Position numbers and translations under genes: made by a program
The notes under the pieces: model-generated
What the model was told of the DNA's origin: nothing
Database searches by the model: none
The model's input: only the letters and a program-made list of their open reading frames with translations
Shown here: one piece after another, positions 16,486-24,745 of the stretch
Position numbering within the stretch: position 1 is the stretch's first letter
How the letters are laid out: every line of letters begins with the position of its first letter
Virus record (IMG/VR): IMGVR_UViG_3300018476_000006
Span: 1-43,581 of that record
DNA from: a virus
Taxonomy: Duplodnaviria > Caudoviricetes
Direction: 5' to 3' (one strand)
DNA length: 43,581 bases

Positions 16486-16793
16486 CGCCGTCGGTGCCGC
16501 TACCGGCGGCGCTACGGCCCGACTTGGTGCTGGTGGCGCTGGCCCCGCGCGAGCGCGTCACGCGCCCCAGTGGCGTCGTGGTGCTGCCGGCCAACCGCAT
16601 CATCGTGGACCGGATCGGCGTGGTGCTGCAGGTCGGCGCCGCCGTGACGGAGGTCGCGCCCCACGGGGTGGTGCTGTTCGACAGCAACGTCGGCGAAGAG
16701 GTGTTAGTGGACGGTTGGCCGTGTCTGCTCCTGCGCGTGCAGGACATCGACGCGGTCTTGGAGAGGGACCATGCCAGACGACGTAGTGCTTGA
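16482..16793 (+). CDS. groES: GroES/Cpn10-like co-chaperonin
   Basis: PDLVLV, mobile loop TRPSGVVVLP, GVVLQVG, VLFDSNVGEEVLVDG, LLRVQDIDAVL. Confidence 0.85.
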   Translation: MTPSVPLPAALRPDLVLVALAPRERVTRPSGVVVLPANRIIVDRIGVVLQVGAAVTEVAPHGVVLFDSNVGEEVLVDGWPCLLLRVQDIDAVLERDHARRRSA

Positions 16794-17718
16794 AGGCCCG
16801 ACCGACGAACCCGTGATGGGGATGCCCGGCGGGGCCGCGCCCATCACCGAACCCGGCCCGCCGGTGACCCAGCCGCCCCCGGGCGACGAACCCCCGCCGC
16901 CGGATGACCCCGACGCCATCCCCGACGAGGACGAGACCCCCGACGACCCGCGCCCCAAGCGCACGCTGGTGGGCGATCTGGTCTCCGAGCGCGAGCGCCG
17001 GCAGAAGGCCGAGACCGAGGCCGAGCAGGCGCAGGCGCTGGTGCGCGCGGTGCTGGAGGCGCCCGGCGGCTTCGAACTGCTGCAGCGCGCCGCCACCGGC
17101 CAGCCGGCGCCGACCCAGCAGGCGGCCGAGCAGGAGGCGCTGCGGCAGGAACTGGAGGCCACCGCCATCGATCTGGGCCTCTACGACGCGGAGGGCAACC
17201 CCGACCTCAAGACCGCCTACCGCATCAGCCAGCGCGAGGAGCGCCGGCTGACCAAGCTGGTCGAGCAGGCCGTGGCGCCGCTGCGGCAGCAGACGCAGGC
17301 GCAGACCGCTGCGGCCGTCATCGCGCACGTCAAGGGCGTGGCGCAGCACTACGGCATCGACCCCGAGATGGTCGAGCGCGGGATGCGGACCCTGCCGGCT
17401 GACCAGATGACCAACCCCGAGGTGCAGCAGACCGTGCTGATGACCGCGCTGGGCCTGCAGACCTTTGGCGCGGTGCCCGGGCAGACGCCCCCGCCGCGCG
17501 CACGCGGGCAGCTGGCGCAGCCGCCGCAGCCCAATGGCGGGCGGGGCACGCTGCGGCCGCCCCTCTACTCGGAGCCGGCCGGCGGCCGCCCGCGCGGGCA
17601 GGCGCCGCAGCTGGATCAGTCGTTCCGCGACCGCCTGCGCGGCAGCGGCCTCAAGGACGCCGAGATCGACTCGGCCGTCGCGCGCTTTGTGCCCGGCACG
17701 CCGCTGGCACTGGAGTAA
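16771..17718 (+). CDS. putative capsid scaffolding protein
   Basis: Acidic Pro-rich N-terminus, ERERRQKAE coiled coil, upstream of capsid genes. Confidence 0.65.
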   Translation: MPDDVVLEGPTDEPVMGMPGGAAPITEPGPPVTQPPPGDEPPPPDDPDAIPDEDETPDDPRPKRTLVGDLVSERERRQKAETEAEQAQALVRAVLEAPGGFELLQRAATGQPAPTQQAAEQEALRQELEATAIDLGLYDAEGNPDLKTAYRISQREERRLTKLVEQAVAPLRQQTQAQTAAAVIAHVKGVAQHYGIDPEMVERGMRTLPADQMTNPEVQQTVLMTALGLQTFGAVPGQTPPPRARGQLAQPPQPNGGRGTLRPPLYSEPAGGRPRGQAPQLDQSFRDRLRGSGLKDAEIDSAVARFVPGTPLALE

Positions 17719-17721
17719 CCC

Positions 17722-18357
17722 GTGGCCAACAAGGACAAGACCCCGTTCCAAGCCGGCGCCGAGACCCTGCAGAAGGAGGCCGCGCAGCGCACGCGCGACA
17801 GCAAGCGCCGGGCGAGCGCGCCCGTCACCACCGAGGCGCTGCACGAGTCGTTCGCGGGGCTGGAGGCGCTGGAGGTGCTCGACCGCCGGCTGGAGAACCC
17901 CGACGCGCCCAACGTGCTGCCGATCCGGCTGAAAGACGAACCGACCGAGGCGCAAGACCCCGAGGGCCGCAAGCGCCGCTGGTATCTGCGCTGGTTCAAC
18001 GCCGCGATGCCCAACCGGTTCCATAGTGCGACCGCGAGTCTCGGCTACACGCCGGTGCTCTGGGAGGAGTTGCAGAACCGCGAGATCGTCGCCAACGCCT
18101 TCGACGGCAGCCCGCAGGTGCGGCGCGGCGACCGGGGCATCGAGGTGCTCTGTAAGATCCCGCTGCCCTACTACCTCGCGATCAAGAAGAAGCAGCGCGA
18201 GAAGCGCGCCCGCAGCGTCACCCCGCGCGCGATGCAGCAGGAGGTGATGGCCGCCGCCGCCAAGGCCGGCCTCGACCCCGATCTGGACCCCTCCATTGGC
18301 GGCATCGTGGGCGAGATCAAGGTCGGGCGCGAGCGGCTGGTCAGCGCCGACGATTGA
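17722..18357 (+). CDS. conserved head-module hypothetical protein
   Basis: YLRWFN...GYTPV...RGD..VLCKIP pattern typical of genes preceding capsid. Confidence 0.75.
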   Translation: MANKDKTPFQAGAETLQKEAAQRTRDSKRRASAPVTTEALHESFAGLEALEVLDRRLENPDAPNVLPIRLKDEPTEAQDPEGRKRRWYLRWFNAAMPNRFHSATASLGYTPVLWEELQNREIVANAFDGSPQVRRGDRGIEVLCKIPLPYYLAIKKKQREKRARSVTPRAMQQEVMAAAAKAGLDPDLDPSIGGIVGEIKVGRERLVSADD

Positions 18358-18618
18358 CACCCGCGCCGGGTGAGCCGTAGACTGCCCGCGTCCTTCCTCG
18401 GACGGGTTCATCGCCGCCGTGCGCGCGTCTGCGTGTCGGCCATGCGCGTGCGTGCGCGGCGGCAGCGACTCCGACCCGAGGCCACGACCTCCGTTCCGCC
18501 GGCACGACAGACCGGTGTTGCGCTCACTGGGTTTGTCGGCCCCCGGTGATTGCGAGCAGGCCGACCCCAACGCACTAGGCGCGCTGCTCCCGCAGTCGCG
18601 CGGTAAGGGGTCTCGTCC
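18354..18618 (+). promoter_or_regulatory. capsid-operon promoter TTGACA-18-TAGACT plus ~230-nt structured 5' leader
   Basis: Hexamers 18354-18359 and 18378-18383; several GC stems before ATG 18619. Confidence 0.65.
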
Positions 18619-19089
18619 ATGGCAACGATTGTCGTCACCAGCAAGAACGTGCTGCGCCCGCGCCGGCTGGCGCGCACCATCGGGACCATCCCCGAGGGTG
18701 CCACGCAGAGCTACAAGAACGGGCACGTCGTCGTGCTCAACGCCGGCAAGGTCATTAAGGGCGCGACCGACCCGGCCGCCGGGACCGTGCTCGGGGTCGC
18801 GGCCGACGATGCCAGCGGGGTCACTGACCGCAAGGGCATCATCTACGCCGCCGACGAAAGCGCCGAGTTCATCGGCAACGTGCAGGACACCGGCGTGCTC
18901 GCGCTCGCCAACGTCGGGCTGTCGTGCGGGCTGGTGCTCGACGCCGGCCGCGACATCTTCCGCGTCGACCTCGGCGACACGACCAACCTCGTCGTCAAGG
19001 TCACCGAACTGATCGACGCCGTCGGCGATGTCAACGGCCTCGTCGTCTTCAAGTTCCTCAACGCGGCGCGCACGCCGCTGGCCAGCTAA
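18619..19089 (+). CDS. capsid cement/decoration protein
   Basis: Small beta-rich protein directly before MCP; GHVVVL, VLGVA. Confidence 0.65.
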   Translation: MATIVVTSKNVLRPRRLARTIGTIPEGATQSYKNGHVVVLNAGKVIKGATDPAAGTVLGVAADDASGVTDRKGIIYAADESAEFIGNVQDTGVLALANVGLSCGLVLDAGRDIFRVDLGDTTNLVVKVTELIDAVGDVNGLVVFKFLNAARTPLAS

Positions 19090-19118
19090 CCCCTCGGACC
19101 AGCTAAGGAGATACGACC

Positions 19119-20036
19119 ATGCAGGTTCGCGGGACTTTTGCAGCCCTCTACGACAACGTCGACAAGACCGTCTACGCGCTGCTGGGCAAGCAGCTGAAGG
19201 AACTGCCGCCGATCTGGCCCGAGGTCTACGGCAAGAAGAACAGCAGCCGGAAGTTCGAACGGTTCCAGACGGTCACGCCGTTTGGGGACGTGCCGGAAAA
19301 GCCCGAGGGCAGCGTCTACGCCTTCGACCTCATCCGGCCCGGCTACAGCAAGGACATCACGCCGGTCGAGTTCGGCCTCGGCTTTGAGGTCACCGAGACC
19401 GCGCTGGAAGACGACCAGTACGACGTGCTGCAGCGGCAGGCGGCGTGGCTGGCCTTCTCGTCGCGCGTCGTGCAGGAGAAGTATGCGGCGATCCCGTTCA
19501 ACAACGGGTTCACCACCCAGCTGACGCCCGACGGCGTGTCGCTCTTCAACGTCGCGCACGTTCTGGCCGGCGGGGGCACGGCGCGCAACCGGCCGGCGAC
19601 CGACGCCGACCTGTCGTTCGACAGCCTCTCGCAGGCCATCATCGACGTGCAGACCGACACCAAGCTGGAGAGCGGCCAGCTGGTGGCGCCGGTGATGTCG
19701 TGGATCCTCTACGTGCCCCCGCATCTGGAGATGCTGGCCGAGCGGATCGTCAACAGCACCCAGCTGCCCGGGGTCGCCGACAACGACCTCAACCCCATCA
19801 AGAAGCGGCGCAACATCCGCATCGTGGTCAACCCCTATTTGACCGACACCGATGCGTGGTTCCTCGTCGCCTCCGACAAGAACACGCACGGGCTGGTCTG
19901 CGTCGACCGGCTCGGCATCACGGCCGCGCCGGCGATGCAGGATCCCCGCACCGGCAACCGCATCTACAAAGTGCGGTTCCGGCAGGCGTGGGATGCGTTC
20001 CTCTGGCAGAACGTCTACGGGACCGCCGGCGCCTAG
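19119..20036 (+). CDS. major capsid protein (HK97 fold, Mu gpT-like)
   Basis: TAAGGAG RBS; KPEG, FGLGFEVTETALEDDQY, DGVSLFNVAH, LYVPPHL, NPYLTDTDAWF. Confidence 0.9.
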   Translation: MQVRGTFAALYDNVDKTVYALLGKQLKELPPIWPEVYGKKNSSRKFERFQTVTPFGDVPEKPEGSVYAFDLIRPGYSKDITPVEFGLGFEVTETALEDDQYDVLQRQAAWLAFSSRVVQEKYAAIPFNNGFTTQLTPDGVSLFNVAHVLAGGGTARNRPATDADLSFDSLSQAIIDVQTDTKLESGQLVAPVMSWILYVPPHLEMLAERIVNSTQLPGVADNDLNPIKKRRNIRIVVNPYLTDTDAWFLVASDKNTHGLVCVDRLGITAAPAMQDPRTGNRIYKVRFRQAWDAFLWQNVYGTAGA

Positions 20037-20128
20037 CCCGGTCGTTCGGGTGTTTGCCAACCGGTCGGCGTGGCCCTCGCAGGCGCGCCGGCCGGCCTCC
20101 GACCTGCGGGGAGACAGGGAACCGTAGC

Positions 20129-20536
20129 GTGTCTCACTTCAACGCGCTTGCCGTCATGTCGCGCAAGTTCATCGACTTTCTCAGCCCGGTGACCGTCGGC
20201 ACGGCCGGCCCGGTCACCTACACGCCCGCGCAGCTGCTGTCGGGCATGATCATCCGCGACTGCGCCGGCGCCGCGCGCAGCGACACCCTGCCGACCGCCG
20301 CGCAGATTGTCGACGCGCTCACCATCAGCGGCCGCGCGCCGGTGGTCGGCAACACGGTCGAGGTCTACGTCCGCAACACCAGCGCGGGCGCGTTTGCCGT
20401 CACGCTGCTGACCGGGGCCAACGTCGTGCTGGCGGGCACCATGGTGGTGCCGCAGAACCAGACCGGCAAGTATCTGCTCACCGTCGGGGCGTCGGGGTTC
20501 GTGACGTTTACCTGCGTCGGCCTCGGGGCGCACTAA
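20129..20536 (+). CDS. virion decoration/head-fibre-like protein
   Basis: YTPAQLLSG.I.RD..GAARSDTLPTAAQIV; follows MCP. Confidence 0.7.
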   Translation: MSHFNALAVMSRKFIDFLSPVTVGTAGPVTYTPAQLLSGMIIRDCAGAARSDTLPTAAQIVDALTISGRAPVVGNTVEVYVRNTSAGAFAVTLLTGANVVLAGTMVVPQNQTGKYLLTVGASGFVTFTCVGLGAH

Positions 20537-20537
20537 G

Positions 20538-20858
20538 ATGCCGGGCCTGCTGCCCATCATCGACCGCCCGCTGTTCAAGGGCACGGCGCCGGCGGTCTCG
20601 CCGGCCGTCGACATCGCCGGCTGCGCCAACCTCTGCTTCTACATCGTCGGCGCCGCTGGCGTGAGCGGGTCGGTGCAGATCGAGGAGAGCCACGACACCG
20701 CGTTTGCCGGGACGTGGACGCCGGTCGGCGCGGCCGTCGCCTTCATCGCCAACGCCGTCGCGGCCCCGGTGCGCCTCAACGGCACCGCCAAGGCCGTGCG
20801 CGCCAACGTCACCGCGCTGGCGGGCGGGCAGGGCACCGTCTACCTCGTCGGACGCTGA
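20538..20858 (+). CDS. small beta-sandwich virion protein
   Basis: VQIEESHD...GTW, KAVRA; paralogous to C-terminus of next gene. Confidence 0.75.
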   Translation: MPGLLPIIDRPLFKGTAPAVSPAVDIAGCANLCFYIVGAAGVSGSVQIEESHDTAFAGTWTPVGAAVAFIANAVAAPVRLNGTAKAVRANVTALAGGQGTVYLVGR

Positions 20859-21847
20859 TGGCCGCGCCCAGCTACAGCGCGCGCGTCATCGCGGACGGGG
20901 CCACCAACTACTGGCGGCTCGATGAGGCCAGCGGCCTCGCGCTCGACAGCATCGGCGGCAAGCACGGGACGGTCAGCGGCGGCGTCACACGCGACCAGCC
21001 GGGGCTGGTCGCGGATGGTCGTGCGGTGCAGTTCGATGGCGTGGCGACGTCGAAGATTCAATCCGCGCTGGCGGTCACCCTGCCCGCTGCTTGCACATTT
21101 GAAGCGTGGGTCCAAACGACGTGGCCCGACTATAGGCCGATCTTCACGCTGCGCCCAGAGGCGAACTTCCAAATCGCCACGAAGAACGCGCCCACCAACG
21201 GGGTGGTGCAGGTCTGGAACGGCGGCTTTGCGTTCGGATCGAAGCTCATCGCGGACGGCGCACGGCATCACGTTGTGGTGGTCTTCACGGGCACCGACTG
21301 TCTCGTTTCCGTTGACGGGGCGCTGGACACCACCACGCCGCTCGTTCACAGCCTTCGGTCTGGGCCAGCACGTCTCGGCCACGATCAAGCCGATGCGATT
21401 TCGTGGCTGGGCGCGATGGACGAGGTCGCGCTCTACGCCACCGCCCTCACCCCCGCGCAGATCCTCGCGCACTACCAGCTGGGCATCGGCACGTTTGACA
21501 GCCCCTACAGTAAGGGGTCGCCCGCGCTGCCTATCGCCGACCGCCTGCTACTGCAGGGCGCGGTGGCGGCCGGCACGGTGTCGCCGGCGGTCAACCTCGC
21601 CGGGTGCTCGGCCTACACGGTGAACGTCATCAGCAACGGCGCGGTGACGGGCGGCGGCATGGTGCAGATCGAAGAGGCGCACGACCCCGACTACACCGGG
21701 ACGTGGGCGGTGCGCGCGGGCATCCCGGTAGTGCCCGGCCTCACGGTGCTGCGCGCGGTGGAGACCGCCAAGGCCGTGCGCGCGCGCATCACGACGGCCA
21801 TCACGGGCGGCAGCGTCAGCGTGCTGCTGGTGGCGGCGGGGGACTGA
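20858..21847 (+). CDS. LamG/concanavalin-A-like lectin domain fused to paralogue of preceding protein
   Basis: YWRLDE..G..ALDS, TFEAWV, DGARHHVVVV, VDG, GAMDEVALY..ALT..QI..HY. Confidence 0.88.
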   Translation: MAAPSYSARVIADGATNYWRLDEASGLALDSIGGKHGTVSGGVTRDQPGLVADGRAVQFDGVATSKIQSALAVTLPAACTFEAWVQTTWPDYRPIFTLRPEANFQIATKNAPTNGVVQVWNGGFAFGSKLIADGARHHVVVVFTGTDCLVSVDGALDTTTPLVHSLRSGPARLGHDQADAISWLGAMDEVALYATALTPAQILAHYQLGIGTFDSPYSKGSPALPIADRLLLQGAVAAGTVSPAVNLAGCSAYTVNVISNGAVTGGGMVQIEEAHDPDYTGTWAVRAGIPVVPGLTVLRAVETAKAVRARITTAITGGSVSVLLVAAGD

Positions 21848-22611
21848 TGGATTTCCTCACGCTCTACACCACGGCGCTCGACTTCGAACTGGGCAGTGAG
21901 GACCGGTCGGAACTGTTCACGCTGGAGCGCCGCAAGCTGGCGGTCAACCGCGCGCAGCGCGAGTTCGCGCGGCTGACGCAGTGCTATATCCGCGAGTTCA
22001 CCGTGCCGCTAGTCGACGGCACCAGCACCTACGACATCGAGACCGCGACCGGCGACGTGTTCGTCAACTTCAGCCGGCGGCCGGTCGAACTGGTCCGCAC
22101 CGTCGGCGCGGTGGTCACGCTCTGGCCGCTGCACCGGCACGACGTGCCGTGGCTCGACTTCCACCGCGTCGGGTGGCGCGACAGCAGCGTCAAAGGCGTG
22201 CCCGAGATCGTGGCTTACAACCCCGACGCGGGCCTCGCCAACGTCATCCTCGTGCCGATGCCGGCGGTGCCGGCGACCGAAACGTGGGCGCTGCGCGTGG
22301 CCGCGCTGGCGACCCCGGCCGACCTCACCGCCGACACCGACCAGCCGTTCCAGCTGGCGCTGGATGCCCCCGTGCAACTGGAGCCGTATCACTGGGCGCT
22401 CGCGCACTTCGCGGCGAGCCTGCTGGAGCGCCTCCGCAAGGACACCGAGGCGGTCGAGCACCAGCTGGCGCTGTTTGGCGCCTACGTCAGCGACTACCTC
22501 GGCAGCCGCCGGCCGCGCGGGCAGCACAACCGCGTCAGCCAGCAGCGCGACTACCTCAAGGGCAGCGGTCACGTCGTCGGGGCCATCGTGCAGGGCGATC
22601 CAAGGGTGTAA
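21847..22611 (+). CDS. head-tail adaptor protein
   Basis: LAVNRAQREFAR...LVDGTSTYD, GVPE, YHWALAHFA; position before nozzle. Confidence 0.75.
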   Translation: MDFLTLYTTALDFELGSEDRSELFTLERRKLAVNRAQREFARLTQCYIREFTVPLVDGTSTYDIETATGDVFVNFSRRPVELVRTVGAVVTLWPLHRHDVPWLDFHRVGWRDSSVKGVPEIVAYNPDAGLANVILVPMPAVPATETWALRVAALATPADLTADTDQPFQLALDAPVQLEPYHWALAHFAASLLERLRKDTEAVEHQLALFGAYVSDYLGSRRPRGQHNRVSQQRDYLKGSGHVVGAIVQGDPRV

Positions 22612-22796
22612 TGGGGCAGATCGCGGTCACCTTCGCGTGCGGCTGCCGGCAGGTCGTGGACGACGCCGACGCCAGCAAGGACAGCGTGGCGCCCGTGTGC
22701 CCGGCGCACGGCGAGAGTCGCATCGCGCGCGTCACCGCCCCGGCGCCGCGTTTCCGAGGCGTGGCCGCGCGCGGCCCGCTGGCGGTCGAGGAGTAA
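22611..22796 (+). CDS. small zinc-ribbon (FmdB-like) protein
   Basis: FACGC...VCPAHG...RV..PAPRFRG. Confidence 0.6.
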   Translation: MGQIAVTFACGCRQVVDDADASKDSVAPVCPAHGESRIARVTAPAPRFRGVAARGPLAVEE

Positions 22797-22798
22797 CC

Positions 22799-24025
22799 AT
22801 GGCGACGGCCCCGTGGACCGCAGACACCGACCAGCAGCCGATGGCTGGGGGTGCGTATACCAGCGGCGGGCCGGCCCCGACCGGGTCGACCTACCAGCAA
22901 TACACGCCGCAGACCTTCGCGCAGCAGAGCCAAGCGCAGGCCTTCGGGGCGCCGCAGCAGTCGTCCGCGTCGTCCATGACCGCGTGGCCGACCGGCCAGC
23001 AGCAGGGCCAGCAGGCCGCGCAGCCGCAGTCGTGGGCGGCCCAGACCGCCAACTGGCAGCAGAACGCGCAGCCGCAGGTGCCATTCCAGTCGCAGGGCTA
23101 CACGCCGACCGGCTACAACCCGGCCGGCCAGACGCAGGTCAGCGCCGCCACCGCGCCGCCCCCGGGCGGCTGGGGCGCCCAGTGGGGCACGCAGCCACAG
23201 CAAGCGCCGGCCGCCGGCGGCAGCGCCGCGCAGCAGATCCAAGCCGCCTACCAGCAATACCTCGGGCGGGCGGCGACCGCGCAGGAGGTGCAAGCGCAGC
23301 TGGCGCAGCCCAACCTGCAGCGGCAGATCGCCTCCATCGCCTCGTCGCAGGAGGCCTACAATCGCTACCTGCAGCAGCAGCAACAGCCGCAGGGCGGCCA
23401 GCAGCAACAGCAGGGCGGCCCGCAGGCCCAGACGCTGGACCCGCGCCGCTGGAACACCGACGGCTACACGCCGCCGCGCTACATCGCGCAGCGGGTGGCC
23501 GGCCACCCGATGCCGGGCTGGGACCGGGCGAAGTGGGCCGACCCGAACCACCAGACCCCCAAATACGTCATCGGCCGGCTGTTGTCGGGGTTCAAGCCGC
23601 GCACGTCCAACATGGACGCGGTGGTGGCCGAGATCGCCAAGGCCTACCCGGGCGCGCGGCGCACCGGCAGCGGCGACGTGACCATCCCGGGCGTCGGGTC
23701 GGTCGACATCCTCAAGGCCGCCGACGTGGGCGGCAAGGCGTGGCACTTCGGCAGCCTCGGCGGCGGCAAGGCGCCGGCCGCGCAGGCACCGCAGCAGCCG
23801 GCCTACGACCCCTACGCGCAGCTGGGGCAGGTGCTGCAGAACTACACCCAGCAGGCGCCGCCGCAAGCCGCGCCCCCGCAGCAAGACCCGGCGCAGGCGC
23901 AACAGATCGCCGAGATGCAACAGCAGCTGCAGCTGTTCCAGCAGCAGGCGGCGACCCAGCAACAGCAGGCGGCGGCGGCCGAGGCGGCCGCGCGCAACCG
24001 TGGTCCCCAGTTCAGCTACTACTAG
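22799..24025 (+). CDS. Gln-rich low-complexity virion-module protein with folded core
   Basis: GGAG RBS; Q/G/P/Y/W-rich ends; IQAAYQQYLGRAAT...IASSQE segment. Confidence 0.75.
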   Translation: MATAPWTADTDQQPMAGGAYTSGGPAPTGSTYQQYTPQTFAQQSQAQAFGAPQQSSASSMTAWPTGQQQGQQAAQPQSWAAQTANWQQNAQPQVPFQSQGYTPTGYNPAGQTQVSAATAPPPGGWGAQWGTQPQQAPAAGGSAAQQIQAAYQQYLGRAATAQEVQAQLAQPNLQRQIASIASSQEAYNRYLQQQQQPQGGQQQQQGGPQAQTLDPRRWNTDGYTPPRYIAQRVAGHPMPGWDRAKWADPNHQTPKYVIGRLLSGFKPRTSNMDAVVAEIAKAYPGARRTGSGDVTIPGVGSVDILKAADVGGKAWHFGSLGGGKAPAAQAPQQPAYDPYAQLGQVLQNYTQQAPPQAAPPQQDPAQAQQIAEMQQQLQLFQQQAATQQQQAAAAEAAARNRGPQFSYY

Positions 24026-24034
24026 AGGTCTCCC

Positions 24035-24739
24035 ATGGCACTTGGTTCCAGCTTCGGGGCTACCCCGGCCGCGATGGAAGAAAACGCCCAGCGCACGCGC
24101 AAGCGGCTGCCGACGCAGCAGGCGCTGCAGACGCTGTCGATGCAGCTGCCCAAGGTGCTCGGGGGCACGGCCCTGCCGGTCTCCGACCGCTCGATGGGCG
24201 CCTACCGCCCGGGCGGGCTGCCCGACTCCTCGGCCGCCCAGATGCAGCGCATGATCCGTGCGATGTCGGGCCGCAAGCCCGGCGGGGCCGTCGAGCCGCC
24301 GCGCTTTGTCGGGGGTGGCCCGACCACGCCGCCGCCGCAGGCGGCCGCGCCCATCAAGGCCAGCAACGCCGCACCCGGCCCCAAGCCGCCCGCCGCCGTC
24401 AAGCCGGTCAAGAAGCCGGTGAAGGCCGCCGCCGCGCCGGTCAAGAAGCCGGGGAAGGAAGCGCCCGAGCGGGGCGAGCCGGGCTACGTCGACTCCATCC
24501 CGAACCCGCCCGCGCAGATGGCCAACCCGGTGGGGCCGACCCCGCCGCCGGCGCCGCCGCCGCAGCAGGCGCCGGTCAACCCCAACTGGGCCGCCGCTGG
24601 TGCCGAGTCGAACCAGACCAACGACTACGGGACCGGCGCGTCGGGCGGCTACAACAGCAACAGCGGCTACAACAGCAGCCAAGGCGGCTACTACGACGCC
24701 AACGGCCACTTTGTGACCTCCACCGCGCGGCCCTACTAG
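24035..24739 (+). CDS. Pro/Lys-rich low-complexity protein
   Basis: GAGGT RBS; GYNS repeats at C-terminus. Confidence 0.7.
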   Translation: MALGSSFGATPAAMEENAQRTRKRLPTQQALQTLSMQLPKVLGGTALPVSDRSMGAYRPGGLPDSSAAQMQRMIRAMSGRKPGGAVEPPRFVGGGPTTPPPQAAAPIKASNAAPGPKPPAAVKPVKKPVKAAAAPVKKPGKEAPERGEPGYVDSIPNPPAQMANPVGPTPPPAPPPQQAPVNPNWAAAGAESNQTNDYGTGASGGYNSNSGYNSSQGGYYDANGHFVTSTARPY

Positions 24740-24745
24740 GCGCCC

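Noticed and set aside
20538-21847. Diversity-generating retroelement TR/VR pair
   Set aside because: Similarity is protein-level paralogy without adenine-specific differences, and I found no reverse transcriptase
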